DNA from: an uncultured Elusimicrobia bacterium
GTDB lineage: Bacteria > Elusimicrobiota > Elusimicrobia > 2-01-FULL-59-12
Direction: 5' to 3'
Assembly (NCBI GenBank): GCA_963702895.1
Contig: OY969767.1
Span: 2,464,001 to 2,528,000 of the forward strand
DNA length: 64,000 nucleotides
Positions within the stretch are counted from its first letter, which is position 1; the number at the start of each line of letters is the position of its first letter. The notes under the pieces were generated by a model. It saw nothing but the letters and a program-made list of their open reading frames with translations, ran no database searches and was not told the origin of the DNA. The position numbers and the translations under genes were made by a program. Of this stretch, positions 38,649 to 48,635 are shown piece by piece.

Positions 38649-39314
38649 CTATTTCTTGTCCAGCAAGCGGTTCAGGAGGGAAGAGGCAAAGCCTGTCCCA
38701 CCGACACCGAAGGCCAACACAAAGGTAATGCAAAGGGTCACATACGTCACGCCAAGAACCATCAAGAGAATCTCCCGAGGAACGCCGATATGAAACATGC
38801 AAGCCAGGGCGGTGGAAATGAGCACCACCCATTTGGCGCCGTCAGCCAGAAGATCCGGTTTCGCATAGCCAGCGCTCGCCGCCGCCCCGCGGATGACCCG
38901 ATGGACCAGCATGCTCAAGAAAAGACCGGCCATGCCAACGACGGCCACCACCAGCACGGCAATCGTATAACCCACAATCATGTCGATCTGAAACGACACG
39001 TTTCGGAGTTTGAGCCGCTCCAGGGCCATGACCGCGACCGAAACCACAATCAGCCAATAGACGACCGTGGCCACGTATTGATGCGGGGGCCTGCTTTCCT
39101 CGTCCGGTAGGAGCCGTATGGATTTCGAGAACCGGTCAAAACCCACCGATCTTAAAAAGGCCCGGAGGAAGACCTGCACCAGAAGCGCCGCGGCCACGCC
39201 CATCGCCATGATGAAAAAGGCAGAAATGAGATTGGGTAAAAAAGTGACGACACTGCGCCCGATGTCTAAGACTGGAGTGATGAGAAGCTGATACCAATCC
39301 AAGGGTTGCTCCAT
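38649..39314 (-). CDS. Conserved TM-helix (CmpX/MscS-associated) membrane protein
   Basis: FLPNLI, GFD, LAFGVGG motifs; several TM helices. Confidence 0.72.
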   Translation of the reverse strand: MEQPLDWYQLLITPVLDIGRSVVTFLPNLISAFFIMAMGVAAALLVQVFLRAFLRSVGFDRFSKSIRLLPDEESRPPHQYVATVVYWLIVVSVAVMALERLKLRNVSFQIDMIVGYTIAVLVVAVVGMAGLFLSMLVHRVIRGAAASAGYAKPDLLADGAKWVVLISTALACMFHIGVPREILLMVLGVTYVTLCITFVLAFGVGGTGFASSLLNRLLDKK

Positions 39315-39477
39315 GTGCAGGCCTCCTTTTGACGATTTCTCGAGATACCGCTTCTTGACTTGATGAGGAGCGCCCTCCTGGGGAGCGCCGTCACCGTTTT
39401 CATGCTACAAAAATCTGTCGCCTTTGCGCACCCGCGAAGGAACATCCCGGGTCGCCTGGGTCGGTCACAAAAGATAA

Positions 39478-39505
39478 GCCCCCCGCCACTTCCGTGGCGG
39501 GGGGC
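39478..39505 (-). terminator. 12-bp stem hairpin, probable terminator; its core fits the 20-nt unit consensus
   Basis: gccccccgccac-ttcc-gtggcggggggc downstream of the 39542 stop. Confidence 0.55.
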
Positions 39506-39541
39506 CTGCTCGGTTAAGCTAGGGGCCTCCGAGATTTTTCT

Positions 39542-40033
39542 TTAGAGCCTGGCCATCGGCAACGTCACATCCAGCGGGGCCAGCGCTTCATCGATCAGGA
39601 TCTGCCGTCCTTGCACAGTACTTGTCTGGAGTTCGAGGGAGGTCCCCGTAATTTCCCAGCTCAGGGCGGTGTTCGGTTCTCCTTGAACAGACACGGCGAT
39701 ACGGTAGCGGCCATTTTCATCGGCCCTGCTATGGAAAGAGCGTACCTCGAGGCTGGACATCACCCGAAGCTCGATCCGGGCATTCGGACAGGGTCTGTCT
39801 TCATGAAGAGCTTCCCCGGAAAATACGTACTTATAAGTACGTAAGAGCGACGCCGTGGAATTCTTTCGGCGGACATTGTTCATCCGCTCCGGCAGAGCTG
39901 TGATATCTCGGACCGCGGTCGGGGCGGCGAGCGTGACGGGCTGGTGTGGTGAGCGACTTGTCGAGAGGCTGCTTGAACCGAAGGAGCTTATGATCGAGGC
40001 GATAAGCGCAATCGGGAGGTAGATGGCTTTCAT
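39542..40033 (-). CDS. Hypothetical exported protein with a small beta-sandwich-like domain
   Basis: Hydrophobic N-terminus; ADENGRY pattern. Confidence 0.55.
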   Translation of the reverse strand: MKAIYLPIALIASIISSFGSSSLSTSRSPHQPVTLAAPTAVRDITALPERMNNVRRKNSTASLLRTYKYVFSGEALHEDRPCPNARIELRVMSSLEVRSFHSRADENGRYRIAVSVQGEPNTALSWEITGTSLELQTSTVQGRQILIDEALAPLDVTLPMARL

Positions 40034-40173
40034 GGTTTTGGGGCCCCTATTCTCCCCTCCCTGCGACATTCTATGAGTACCTGGAATAGCAAAAATGTGA
40101 AATAGGGCCCCAGGGCCGAAATACGGTCCTGATAGGCCTATGAAATTCCTGGGCCCGTTATTGACTTTGGGTG

Positions 40174-41561
40174 GAGTTCTTGTCAAATGTACTGGAAATA
40201 GGGCAACGCCCCTTTCGTTGAATGTCTCTTAGGCCGCGACCTCCAGCTTCTCTCTTTCCACAAATAGTACTTCAACCAATTCCGGCTTTGCGATCGGCTT
40301 CCAGAACTGCGCTAAACGCTCAATGACCTTGTAGACGAATGCCACGCCTGTTCGGGATTTCTGGAACCGGCGCACGACTCGCGTCCGCAACCGCACTCCC
40401 GCGAAGACCGACTCAATCGGATTGCTCGTCTTCAAATGGACCCAGTGCTCCTTCGGAAAGTCGAAGTACCTCAGCAACGTGTCATGATCCTTGCGCACAC
40501 AAGCCGCAGCCTTCGGATAGCGAATTTCAAGATCCTCAGCCAACAAGGCCAACTGGTTCTCCGCGTCTTCGCGGCGCTCCGCCTGATAGGCCACCCGCAG
40601 GCGATTGAGGACTTCATCCTGCTTAGCCTTCGGCACTTTATCCACGACGTTGCGCATCTTGTGCTTCCAACACCGTTGATCCTTCGCCGAGGGATACACC
40701 TCTGCCACCGCCTCCCAGAGCCCTCCGATCCCGTCGCCGATGACCAACAGCGGAGCAGGCATACCGCGCTCCGCGACCCCTCTCCAGATTTCCTTCCAGG
40801 AATCCCGGCTCTCCCGGTAGCCTTCCATCAGCGCGATCAGTTCCTTCTGGCCTTTCGCGTTGACGCCCACCAGAACCAGAAGCGCTGTGTTCTCTTTTTC
40901 CAGCCCCGCTTTTAAATACACGCCGTCTGCCCAGACATAGGCGTAACGCGTCTCCGATAGGTCCCGGCGACTGAACGTAGCCAGGTCCGACTGAAACTTC
41001 GCCGATAGACGCAGGATCGTGCTGGCTGATAAGGTGGCTCCATCCCCGATCAGTGCTCGCAACGCCGGCTCAAAGTCCCGACTCGAGAGTCCCTCCAGGT
41101 ACAGCCGCCGGAATAACTCCTCGACCCCTTCCGTCCGCCGCTGGTAGGGCCGCAAGATGCTCGACTCAAACTCGCCTCCGTCCACCTGGGGCACCGATAG
41201 CTTCAGCCCCGCCCCCAACACCGTCACCTTCCGCTCCCGCGTTCCGTTCCGATAGCCTTTCTCCAGATTCTTCGCCCGTTCATAGCGCCGACGCTCTAAA
41301 TACATCGTCACTTCTTCTTCCAGGGCCTCCACCAGCATCTTGCGCGCTCCTTCACGGGCCAGATAATCCACCATGCTCTCGCCTTTGTGCTGAGTCCCTT
41401 TCTCGTTTACAATGGTTTCCATAACGGCGTCTCCTTTTCGTTTATTGTCCGCTCGAACGGACAGGTTTGTGTGTTTCAACGAAAGGGTACGCCGTTTCTA
41501 TTTCCTAAGGCAAATCCTTCCTTGCCTTAAAACCTATTTCCAGCACTTTTGATGGTAACTC
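40174..41561 (-). mobile_element. IS256-family insertion sequence
   Basis: Imperfect 28-bp IRs gagtt..tcaaa..ctggaaatag; 8-bp TSD TTTGGGTG at 40166-40173 and 41562-41569. Confidence 0.9.
40229..41422 (-). CDS. IS256-family transposase
   Basis: YRNG, WADG, IGDG, QRCWKH, TSNPIES motifs. Confidence 0.93.
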   Translation of the reverse strand: METIVNEKGTQHKGESMVDYLAREGARKMLVEALEEEVTMYLERRRYERAKNLEKGYRNGTRERKVTVLGAGLKLSVPQVDGGEFESSILRPYQRRTEGVEELFRRLYLEGLSSRDFEPALRALIGDGATLSASTILRLSAKFQSDLATFSRRDLSETRYAYVWADGVYLKAGLEKENTALLVLVGVNAKGQKELIALMEGYRESRDSWKEIWRGVAERGMPAPLLVIGDGIGGLWEAVAEVYPSAKDQRCWKHKMRNVVDKVPKAKQDEVLNRLRVAYQAERREDAENQLALLAEDLEIRYPKAAACVRKDHDTLLRYFDFPKEHWVHLKTSNPIESVFAGVRLRTRVVRRFQKSRTGVAFVYKVIERLAQFWKPIAKPELVEVLFVEREKLEVAA

Positions 41562-41575
41562 TTTGGGTGGAAAAA

Positions 41576-42703
41576 TCATCCTTTTGTGCCCATGTCCAGC
41601 CAGAACAGCTTGCTGGTGTCGACACCGGCCAGTTGAAGCGGCGACTTGCCTTTGATGTGCCGATACGCTTTGGACGGGTTGTCGAATTGATGAAATCGAT
41701 AGAATAAGACGAGCAGCTTGACGATCGCCCAGGCGGCCTCGCGCGCATGAAAGCGGTCCATGGGCGTTAAGCGCCGGTCCATAAAGCGGAAGAGGTTTTC
41801 GATCAAGTTGTTGGTTCGCGGCATGCCGGGATGAAAGAACGCCGGAATGATTTGTGGGAGCGTACGAAGAAACAAATCCCGTGCCGGCTTGAACATCGGC
41901 CTTTGGAACGAAGGATAGTGCAGAAAGAACCGCACCCACTCCTTGGCCTGGTACCAGTGCGCCGCGCTGACAAACTGGTGATAGGCTTTTTGAAAGCGTT
42001 CGTATTCGGTGGGCAACTGCGGGTAGGTCGCGAAGCGAGGCTCGAGCAACGCGTCTAAGTTGCGCTGAAAATGAACCGTGCAACGCTGATGGATGCCTTT
42101 CGGATAGACGCTCTTGTAGGCGAGAAGGATGGCGCTGTCTCCGTCGGAAGTCAGCCCCTTGAGCGGATAGCTCAGCTCCTTGAGTTGCCCGAATAATTCC
42201 CGATAATTGACCTCCGTTTCGCGCCCCAGAATCACGCCCGGAACGTCCCGTGTGTTGGCATCGAAGGCCGCCAGAATGGAGACATCCATCCCTTCCACCG
42301 GAATCCGGTCGCCATCGACCTGCAGCCAGCCGGACCATTTCGGATCCAGCCGTTGGCTCACGGTAAAAGGATCGGCGCAGCGGTGCCCCATGTCTTGAAT
42401 CCACTGCCAGACCTGGTAGGTCTGCACATGCGGCAGTCCCCATTGATGCAGTTGCCGCATCACCGCCCGGTAGGAGCCTCCGGTATCGATGTAGAGAATC
42501 GTTGATTGTTCTTTGACCTCCTGGTCGTAGGACGTCATCGAGTCGCGCTTTTGCTCGACCGGAATAAATGGCTTGTTGCACGCGACGCAGAACCATCGTT
42601 GGTATCCTTTCGATTCCACTCCTGACAAACTGATCTTCCGGTACGTCCGAAAATCGTGACGGTGTGTGTGGCTGCTGCCACAGCGCGGACATTCGGGTGT
42701 CAT
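41576..42703 (-). CDS. DDE transposase with N-terminal zinc finger
   Basis: CPRC..CVAC, QVDGD, TSDG, QRCTVH, TNNLIE. Confidence 0.85.
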   Translation of the reverse strand: MTPECPRCGSSHTHRHDFRTYRKISLSGVESKGYQRWFCVACNKPFIPVEQKRDSMTSYDQEVKEQSTILYIDTGGSYRAVMRQLHQWGLPHVQTYQVWQWIQDMGHRCADPFTVSQRLDPKWSGWLQVDGDRIPVEGMDVSILAAFDANTRDVPGVILGRETEVNYRELFGQLKELSYPLKGLTSDGDSAILLAYKSVYPKGIHQRCTVHFQRNLDALLEPRFATYPQLPTEYERFQKAYHQFVSAAHWYQAKEWVRFFLHYPSFQRPMFKPARDLFLRTLPQIIPAFFHPGMPRTNNLIENLFRFMDRRLTPMDRFHAREAAWAIVKLLVLFYRFHQFDNPSKAYRHIKGKSPLQLAGVDTSKLFWLDMGTKG

Positions 42704-43031
42704 GGCGGGCCTCCTTTTCCACCCATCGGGTGGATTTAGAGACCCTACTGCTTCACGATTGCATTGATATTACGCGGCGGCTCAACTATTCACACCCTTC
42801 ATTTCCCACCCAAAACCGATAACAGCCCAAAATTCCTGGGCCCCGCGCAGCCCCGGGCTTAGAGTACACCTCAGCATAGCGCGGGCTTCTGCCTTGTGCT
42901 TTGCGCCGGCGTATCGATGGGTCTTTTGGCTCCGTAAGTTTACGCTCGCGTAACATTCAATTAACACAGGTGAAACCTAGAGAAGGCATCCTTAGAGTGC
43001 CAAGGATCGTCGTACGACAAGGGAGATCGGG

Positions 43032-44234
43032 ATGGACCTTGAACTCAAGAATGTCACCCAGCGCCTCGTGAACGTTTGTTTTGCGCTTTTTCTCCTGTGC
43101 GGCGCCTCCGCCGTCGCGTCCGCAAGGGAAAATTACACAGGAAACCATACCCCGGGCCAATACGTTCCCCTTGATCCAACTTTCGCGGGTGCCTACCTAG
43201 GTCAATTAAACGAACAGCTTCAGCAGGGCCTTATCTCGTACGAGGAATATGAGCAGGCCATGACGCAAGCCAGTAAAGGCGCTCGGCCTTCAGAGAGGCG
43301 CCAGCGGCCCCCGCGTGCCCCTCAAGGCAACTCTCTAAATACTCCTTCTACACCTGCTACGCCCCGACCTTCTGGGTCCAATACTTGCGACAACATCACA
43401 GGCTGTGGAGCGTGTTTTTTGACCGCGAACAACAGCTGGGATAATAGCCGGTGCGTCCCTGGAGATCCCAGCGTATTCCTTGGTTGTGACTTTAAGGCCT
43501 GTGGGGCGGTCTCGGACGGGTACGCCTGTGGCACGAGCCAACCCGGCCCTTCAGGCTATGACTGGCCCTGCAAATCGGGATCGGTTTGTGCGGGCCCGAG
43601 TCCGGGCGGCAATTTCACGGGCGTCTGCCGCCCGGCAAGCGAGGCGGGACAGCTCGCGGGAACTGCTTTCATGTCAGGGTTTGATACAGCCAAACTGAAC
43701 AATCCAGCCCACAAAACACCGAAATATATCTTTGCTCGCACCGTCTTGGAACTCGGCCTGAGCGCCTCCGCCTCGCGGGACCATCTCCAGCCGCTGGTTG
43801 ACGTGCTTCGCCAACGGGGGTTGCCCAACGCGAAAGTCGCTGGCGATGACAAAATTGATTTTGGCAAGGGCGTCGGCGTGGTCGATGTGATCACCCGCGA
43901 TGGCGTTTGGTGGTGGGGGCCCGAGTCGAGCCTCGAAAACGATTCCGCCGCGGCGGTCTCTGCGTCTTCGCCTTTCATGGAAGGCTTCGATACAGCCAAA
44001 CTGAACAATCCGGCCCACAAGACCACGAAATATATCTTCGGTCGCACCGTTCAGGAACTTGGCGTGAGCGGTTCCTCCTCGCGGGACCATCTCCAGCCGC
44101 TGGTTGACGCGCTTCGCCAAAAGGGTTTAACCGACGCGAAAGTCGTGGGCGATGACAAGATTGATTTTGGCGCTGGCGTCGGCGTGGTTGATGTGATCAC
44201 CAGTAAGGGCACCTGGTGGTGGGGAACGCCGTAA
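43032..44234 (+). CDS. Exported Cys-rich protein with a duplicated C-terminal ~84-aa domain
   Basis: Signal peptide-like N-terminus, Cys-rich mid region, two GFDTAKL..KYIF.R..DDKIDFG..DVI..WWWG repeats. Confidence 0.78.
   Translation: MDLELKNVTQRLVNVCFALFLLCGASAVASARENYTGNHTPGQYVPLDPTFAGAYLGQLNEQLQQGLISYEEYEQAMTQASKGARPSERRQRPPRAPQGNSLNTPSTPATPRPSGSNTCDNITGCGACFLTANNSWDNSRCVPGDPSVFLGCDFKACGAVSDGYACGTSQPGPSGYDWPCKSGSVCAGPSPGGNFTGVCRPASEAGQLAGTAFMSGFDTAKLNNPAHKTPKYIFARTVLELGLSASASRDHLQPLVDVLRQRGLPNAKVAGDDKIDFGKGVGVVDVITRDGVWWWGPESSLENDSAAAVSASSPFMEGFDTAKLNNPAHKTTKYIFGRTVQELGVSGSSSRDHLQPLVDALRQKGLTDAKVVGDDKIDFGAGVGVVDVITSKGTWWWGTP
43666..44223 (+). repeat. Intragenic direct repeat, two ~252-nt copies at 306-nt period
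   Basis: 43666-43918 versus 43972-44223. Confidence 0.9.
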
Positions 44235-44436
44235 AGAATCACCCTCCTGAAGTATCTTTCTCCAACAAACAACGTCATCGGGCCTCTCGGCCTGGCTCCG
44301 TTCGCCAGGCCGCTCTGGCACAACAGATGCTCGACGTTCTTCCCCTCTGTTAGACACGGTCCTGTCCGTCGACATTCGCCTTCCATAGATAGCATGTTGA
44401 CAAGCAGCACAATTCGTGCCAGATATTGGACAGATT

Positions 44437-46026
44437 ATGAAGCGCCCCTCCCGGATCCTTCGCTCTTGGCAGGCGTTCTGGAACCGCATGTTCCGGTCTT
44501 CCGTTCACGACGATGCTCTGCTGCGGCTGACTGAGAAAATGGAGGCCGAATTCGCCGAGCGACGAAAAATCGAGCGGGAGTTGGCGCACTTGGCCTCCTT
44601 CGCGGAGATGGACCCCAATATCATTATTGAAACGGACATGACGGGCAACGTCCTGTACCGCAACATCGTGGCCCAGGAGGAGTTTCCCGATCTGGAAACA
44701 CGGGGGCGGGAACACCCTCTGCTGGACGGGTTGAAAGCGGTGGTGGAGGTGTTTCGAAACGAAAAAAAGTCCTTGTTGAGTCGCCTTCTCAAGGTCGGGG
44801 AGAGGGTCTTCAGGCAACAAATCACGCTGATCGACCAGGGCGCGCGCCTGCGGATCTACGTCACGGATGTGACGGAACTGAAGCGGCTGGACCAGCTGAA
44901 AACGGAGTTCGTCAACACGGTCTCCCATGAGCTCCGCACGCCGCTGACCGGCCTGCAGGCCTCGGTCCGGATGCTCCAGTCGGACATGCTCGGACCGACG
45001 ACGCCCGACCAGCAGGCGGCGCTGACGCTGGCGGTGTCCGGCATCCAGCGGCTGGCCCGGCTCGTCAGCAACCTCTTGGACATCTCCAAGATCGAAGCCG
45101 GCAAATTGGACCTCCATTACGACGAGGCGGACCTGGCGGAGGTGGCCAGCGAAATCGCCCGCAGTGTCGAGCCTCTCGCGCGTGAGCGCGGCCTCGAGAT
45201 CCGGCTCCGCCTGCCACCCGAGCCGCTGCGGGTGTTCATCGACCGGGACAAGATCCTGCAGGTCTTCTCGAACCTCGTCAGCAACGCCTTGAAGTTCTCG
45301 CGCCATGGTGCCGTGGAAATCGAGGTCGCCGTGCGCGGCGAGGAGGCTCTTTGCGCCGTGAAGGATACGGGGCCGGGCATCGCGCCCAACGACCTGCCCA
45401 AACTCTTCGGGAAGTTCCAGCAGATCGGCCAGCCGTCGGGCAGTGTCGAGAAGGGCACCGGGCTGGGGCTTTCGATCTGCAAGGGTATCGTGGAACTGCA
45501 TCAAGGCAAGATTTGGGTGGAGAGCCGGCTGGGAGAAGGGACGCACTTTTTGTTCACCCTCCCGCGGGTCAGCGCCGAAAACATATTCCGGGACCAGGCG
45601 CTCCGGCTCTTCGAACAGGCGGTGGCGGCGTCCAAACCCCTGTGTTTGTTCGCATTCCATCTGCAGAACTGGCCGGACATCACGCAGAGGCTCAGCCGGG
45701 AGCAAGCCGACGCCCTGATGGATCGTTTTGAAATCCTTGTGCGCTCGACCTCGCGCGGGGAGCACGACCCCCTGGTCAAAACGCCAGGCCGAATTTGGCT
45801 CGCCGTGCCGGGAGCGGACAAAAACCAGGCCCGCCAGGTGGCCGATCGCATCGAACTGGCATCGCAGGACTATGCATTCCAGGCCGGCGCGCAAACACCT
45901 CTTGCCGTCGAGTACGGCCTGGCGGCTTATCCGGAAGACGGCAAGGTTGCCGAACAACTCCTGGCCACGGTCCTCCAGTTTCCTTCCACCCCAGCAGCGC
46001 CGTTCGCCCCAAACCCCAAACCTTAA
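44437..46026 (+). CDS. Cytoplasmic PAS-like + HisKA/HATPase histidine kinase with degenerate GGDEF-like tail
   Basis: SHELRTPL, NLVSNALKF, DTGPGI, GTGLGL; tail ends YGLAAYPEDG and lacks GGDEF. Confidence 0.9.
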   Translation: MKRPSRILRSWQAFWNRMFRSSVHDDALLRLTEKMEAEFAERRKIERELAHLASFAEMDPNIIIETDMTGNVLYRNIVAQEEFPDLETRGREHPLLDGLKAVVEVFRNEKKSLLSRLLKVGERVFRQQITLIDQGARLRIYVTDVTELKRLDQLKTEFVNTVSHELRTPLTGLQASVRMLQSDMLGPTTPDQQAALTLAVSGIQRLARLVSNLLDISKIEAGKLDLHYDEADLAEVASEIARSVEPLARERGLEIRLRLPPEPLRVFIDRDKILQVFSNLVSNALKFSRHGAVEIEVAVRGEEALCAVKDTGPGIAPNDLPKLFGKFQQIGQPSGSVEKGTGLGLSICKGIVELHQGKIWVESRLGEGTHFLFTLPRVSAENIFRDQALRLFEQAVAASKPLCLFAFHLQNWPDITQRLSREQADALMDRFEILVRSTSRGEHDPLVKTPGRIWLAVPGADKNQARQVADRIELASQDYAFQAGAQTPLAVEYGLAAYPEDGKVAEQLLATVLQFPSTPAAPFAPNPKP

Positions 46027-46363
46027 ATAACCCGTCTCTCGAAACCTGAACGACGCTGGATTCTCCGCCTGCGACAGGCACCCAGGAGTGACAGACACCC
46101 ATCACAATCGATTCAGATGTGAAATGAGAACACGGACTCTTTTTTCTTCTCTTTTCTCTTCTGACACATTACGTTACACGAAATCGAGACGAACGCAGTG
46201 TAAGAACACGCTATTTATTCGATGCGAAATCGACTTCGGATAAATTTACAAAAATTAATTCACATGGATGTCATCTTCGTTTGATAATATTCGTCGAGTA
46301 TCTAAACGCTGAACGCCGGCTGATAGCCCGGCGATCGCGCAAAAAACAAAGGAGATTATTAAT

Positions 46364-46612
46364 ATGAAAAGTGTGGTTCGATTCTTGGCAGTGTTGTCTG
46401 TCGTTTTCGCAATCGGTGGAGTTCGCACAAGCTTCGCAGAGGACCCGCACATCTGTGCGTCTCTTGTCTACAATTGCGAAACAGCAACTCAAGCGTACTC
46501 AGATTGTCAATGGCCTTACGGTGAGCCTTTTACGGGGTATTGTGCGGGGAAAAAAGCGGATATGGATTCAGTTTGTGAGGCCCGTCGGCTCATTTGTCCT
46601 CACATTAATTGA
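46364..46612 (+). CDS. Small secreted six-cysteine protein
   Basis: RBS aaggag, signal peptide ending SFA, 6 Cys in the mature part, own terminator. Confidence 0.75.
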   Translation: MKSVVRFLAVLSVVFAIGGVRTSFAEDPHICASLVYNCETATQAYSDCQWPYGEPFTGYCAGKKADMDSVCEARRLICPHIN

Positions 46613-46635
46613 TTGAAGTTGCTATAGAGTAGAAC

Positions 46636-46679
46636 AAGCCCCTCGGATCTGCCTCAGGCATGTTCGAGGGGCTTTTTAT
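46636..46679 (+). terminator. Intrinsic terminator
   Basis: aagcccctcgga..ttcgaggggcttttt. Confidence 0.75.
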
Positions 46680-46804
46680 GCCCAGTCAAATCATCTTTGC
46701 CGGGATGTTCCGCGGTGTAATAGCTTGTGGTTCCTTTCACAAAGGACGAACTGAGCGTACCGTTGTGCCAGGCGCTTCTCCTATGGCCCCGCGAACGGCC
46801 GGGC

Positions 46805-47668
46805 CTACAGTTTGGGTGCAAGAGTCGTAATGTCGTGGAGTTCGGCGGTGTCTTGACCGAGGTCTTTGAGGTTGCCTTTCCGCCGCACAATGGCGGAGGA
46901 GACGGTTTGATACGAACTGGGCGGATCGTCGCTGATCACTTGTGCGGCCCGGATCGGTAGAAGGGCTTGATCCTTGTCCGTCTGCGTCGCTGACGGGGTG
47001 ACTGGATGGTTGGGAGGCTCGATCTTAAATGTTTCGAGCATCATCTCGGCTACGCGTGCCGCCGCGGGGTATTCCGTGACCGTAATGCCCTCCAGTAAGA
47101 GCCCCGATCTTGGGGGATTGCCGGTGGGCGTTGTGCCAAAATGGGCGCCGAAGTGAATGGCCATTCCCTCCCAGGGCGGATACGTGGTCGGCGCAATAGC
47201 GATGGAGAGCGCCATCGATTCTCCTGATGAGACATCGAATGTTTTATTGAGTTTTATGCTGGATGTCTGCGGATGCTGTGTGATGGCGATGGTTCGAAGG
47301 CCATCGAGCGCCTTGACACGAAGATCGATCTGGCAGCCTTTGGTGCAATCCAGCTTGTGACCCACCGCGTCTGCAAAAAGGATCCCGAAGGAGCTCCACG
47401 AATAACCCCAGTTGTATTGGCGAAATACGATGCCATTGGATTGTGTGCTTTTGTTGGTGTCCCCGAATGGCGTCCAATACCGCGCGTGCGCCGAATCTCC
47501 AAGATTGTACGTGTAAGAGACGACGGGGGGTATGGGCGCGGGGGTTATGGGCGCTGTCCCGCCCGTTGACCCCGAGCTGCTCCCGCCTTTTTTACACCCT
47601 GTGATCAATAAAGGGAGAACTCCCAGGGCCACCCACATCACCGCCGACAATAGTTTTCGTTGAGCCAT
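46805..47668 (-). CDS. Hypothetical lipoprotein
   Basis: Lipobox ITGC followed by a G/S/P-rich linker. Confidence 0.7.
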   Translation of the reverse strand: MAQRKLLSAVMWVALGVLPLLITGCKKGGSSSGSTGGTAPITPAPIPPVVSYTYNLGDSAHARYWTPFGDTNKSTQSNGIVFRQYNWGYSWSSFGILFADAVGHKLDCTKGCQIDLRVKALDGLRTIAITQHPQTSSIKLNKTFDVSSGESMALSIAIAPTTYPPWEGMAIHFGAHFGTTPTGNPPRSGLLLEGITVTEYPAAARVAEMMLETFKIEPPNHPVTPSATQTDKDQALLPIRAAQVISDDPPSSYQTVSSAIVRRKGNLKDLGQDTAELHDITTLAPKL

Positions 47669-47792
47669 CGCAGCACCTGCGTATAGCGTAAGCGATCCGT
47701 CGGTGCTATTCCATGGGCCTTCCGGGCCAAAATCGATGCCTGAAAGGTATCGCGGGTGTCTGGGCCTCCCCCTTCATGCTGACCATGAGCCC

Positions 47793-48554
47793 TTATTTTT
47801 GAGAAATGACAAGCATTTCAAAATCTTCGGTGGTCAGTTTGTCGTTTCTTGAGTAAGCCCCAAGTTTGGCACCCAAGATATCGATGGTTCTGAACCCGAG
47901 CGTTTTCAAGAGCCACGTGATCTCGCTGGGCACGTAATAACGCTCGTTGCACTTGAGCTCCCTTTTCTGGCCGGAATCATCCTCCATAACAACGGTGTTA
48001 TGATCACGGAACGTCATCAGATCAAAGGAACACTCCTTACATTGGGACTGTCCTTCTTTCTGCGCCGACTTATAGAATTCATTGACAGAATGAAACAGCG
48101 GGAACAATCCGTTTAAGGCGGTGAAAATGAGCTTGCCTGTATCGTTCAGTGCTTTGGTTGCGTTCTTGAGGATCTCAAAGTTCATCTCATCGGTTTCCAT
48201 GAGAGAAAACCCGCCTTCGCAGAGCATGATGGCCAGGTCAAATTCACCGTCAAACGGAAGATGGCGCGCATCTTGGATTTGGAAGTCGATGGTCACCCCT
48301 GCCTCTTTTGCTTTTTCCCTTGCCCTTTTGATCTGATTCTCGGAAAGATCCACGCCGGTCACATGATATCCCCTCTTGGCGAGCTCGATCGCATGGCGGC
48401 CGGTGCCGCATCCGATATCGAGAATCTTGATGGACTTGTCTCGCCCGACCTCCTGTTCGATGAAATCGCATTCGCCCATGGTCCCTTGGACAAAACATTC
48501 CTGGTCATATTTCCTGGCGTAATTTTCAAATAGGGACTCGTACCATTGTTTCAT
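47793..48554 (-). CDS. Class I SAM-dependent methyltransferase
   Basis: ILDIGCGTGRH, GVDLS, DARHLPF. Confidence 0.9.
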   Translation of the reverse strand: MKQWYESLFENYARKYDQECFVQGTMGECDFIEQEVGRDKSIKILDIGCGTGRHAIELAKRGYHVTGVDLSENQIKRAREKAKEAGVTIDFQIQDARHLPFDGEFDLAIMLCEGGFSLMETDEMNFEILKNATKALNDTGKLIFTALNGLFPLFHSVNEFYKSAQKEGQSQCKECSFDLMTFRDHNTVVMEDDSGQKRELKCNERYYVPSEITWLLKTLGFRTIDILGAKLGAYSRNDKLTTEDFEMLVISQK

Positions 48555-48635
48555 GGCTGACTCCTTTGTTTTTTGATGCCTGTCACAAAGGGAGAACGTA
48601 GGTTATTCCCTGGGACCGGCACCCGTCACCCGCGA

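Larger units (their letters stand above)
40152..42829 (-). mobile_element. IS element (DDE, family uncertain) whose terminal IR is split by an IS256; ends approximate
   Basis: After removing IS256, gttattgactttgggtggaaaa is an imperfect inverse of tttcccacccaaaaccgataac (about 42802-42823); flanking direct repeat AAATTCCTGGGCCC at 40143 and 42830. Confidence 0.72.

Noticed and set aside
41505..42722. 405-aa ORF overlapping the transposase in another frame
   Set aside because: No motifs and R/A/G-rich shadow composition; the 375-aa frame holds all DDE motifs.
42960..43030. c-di-GMP-I riboswitch (ACACAGGTGAAACC resemblance)
   Set aside because: The GGCAAAC and downstream GCAAAG elements and the pairing are missing.
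43666..44223. DGR template/variable repeat pair
   Set aside because: Both copies are in frame in one ORF, the differences are not adenine-specific, and no reverse transcriptase is in the window.
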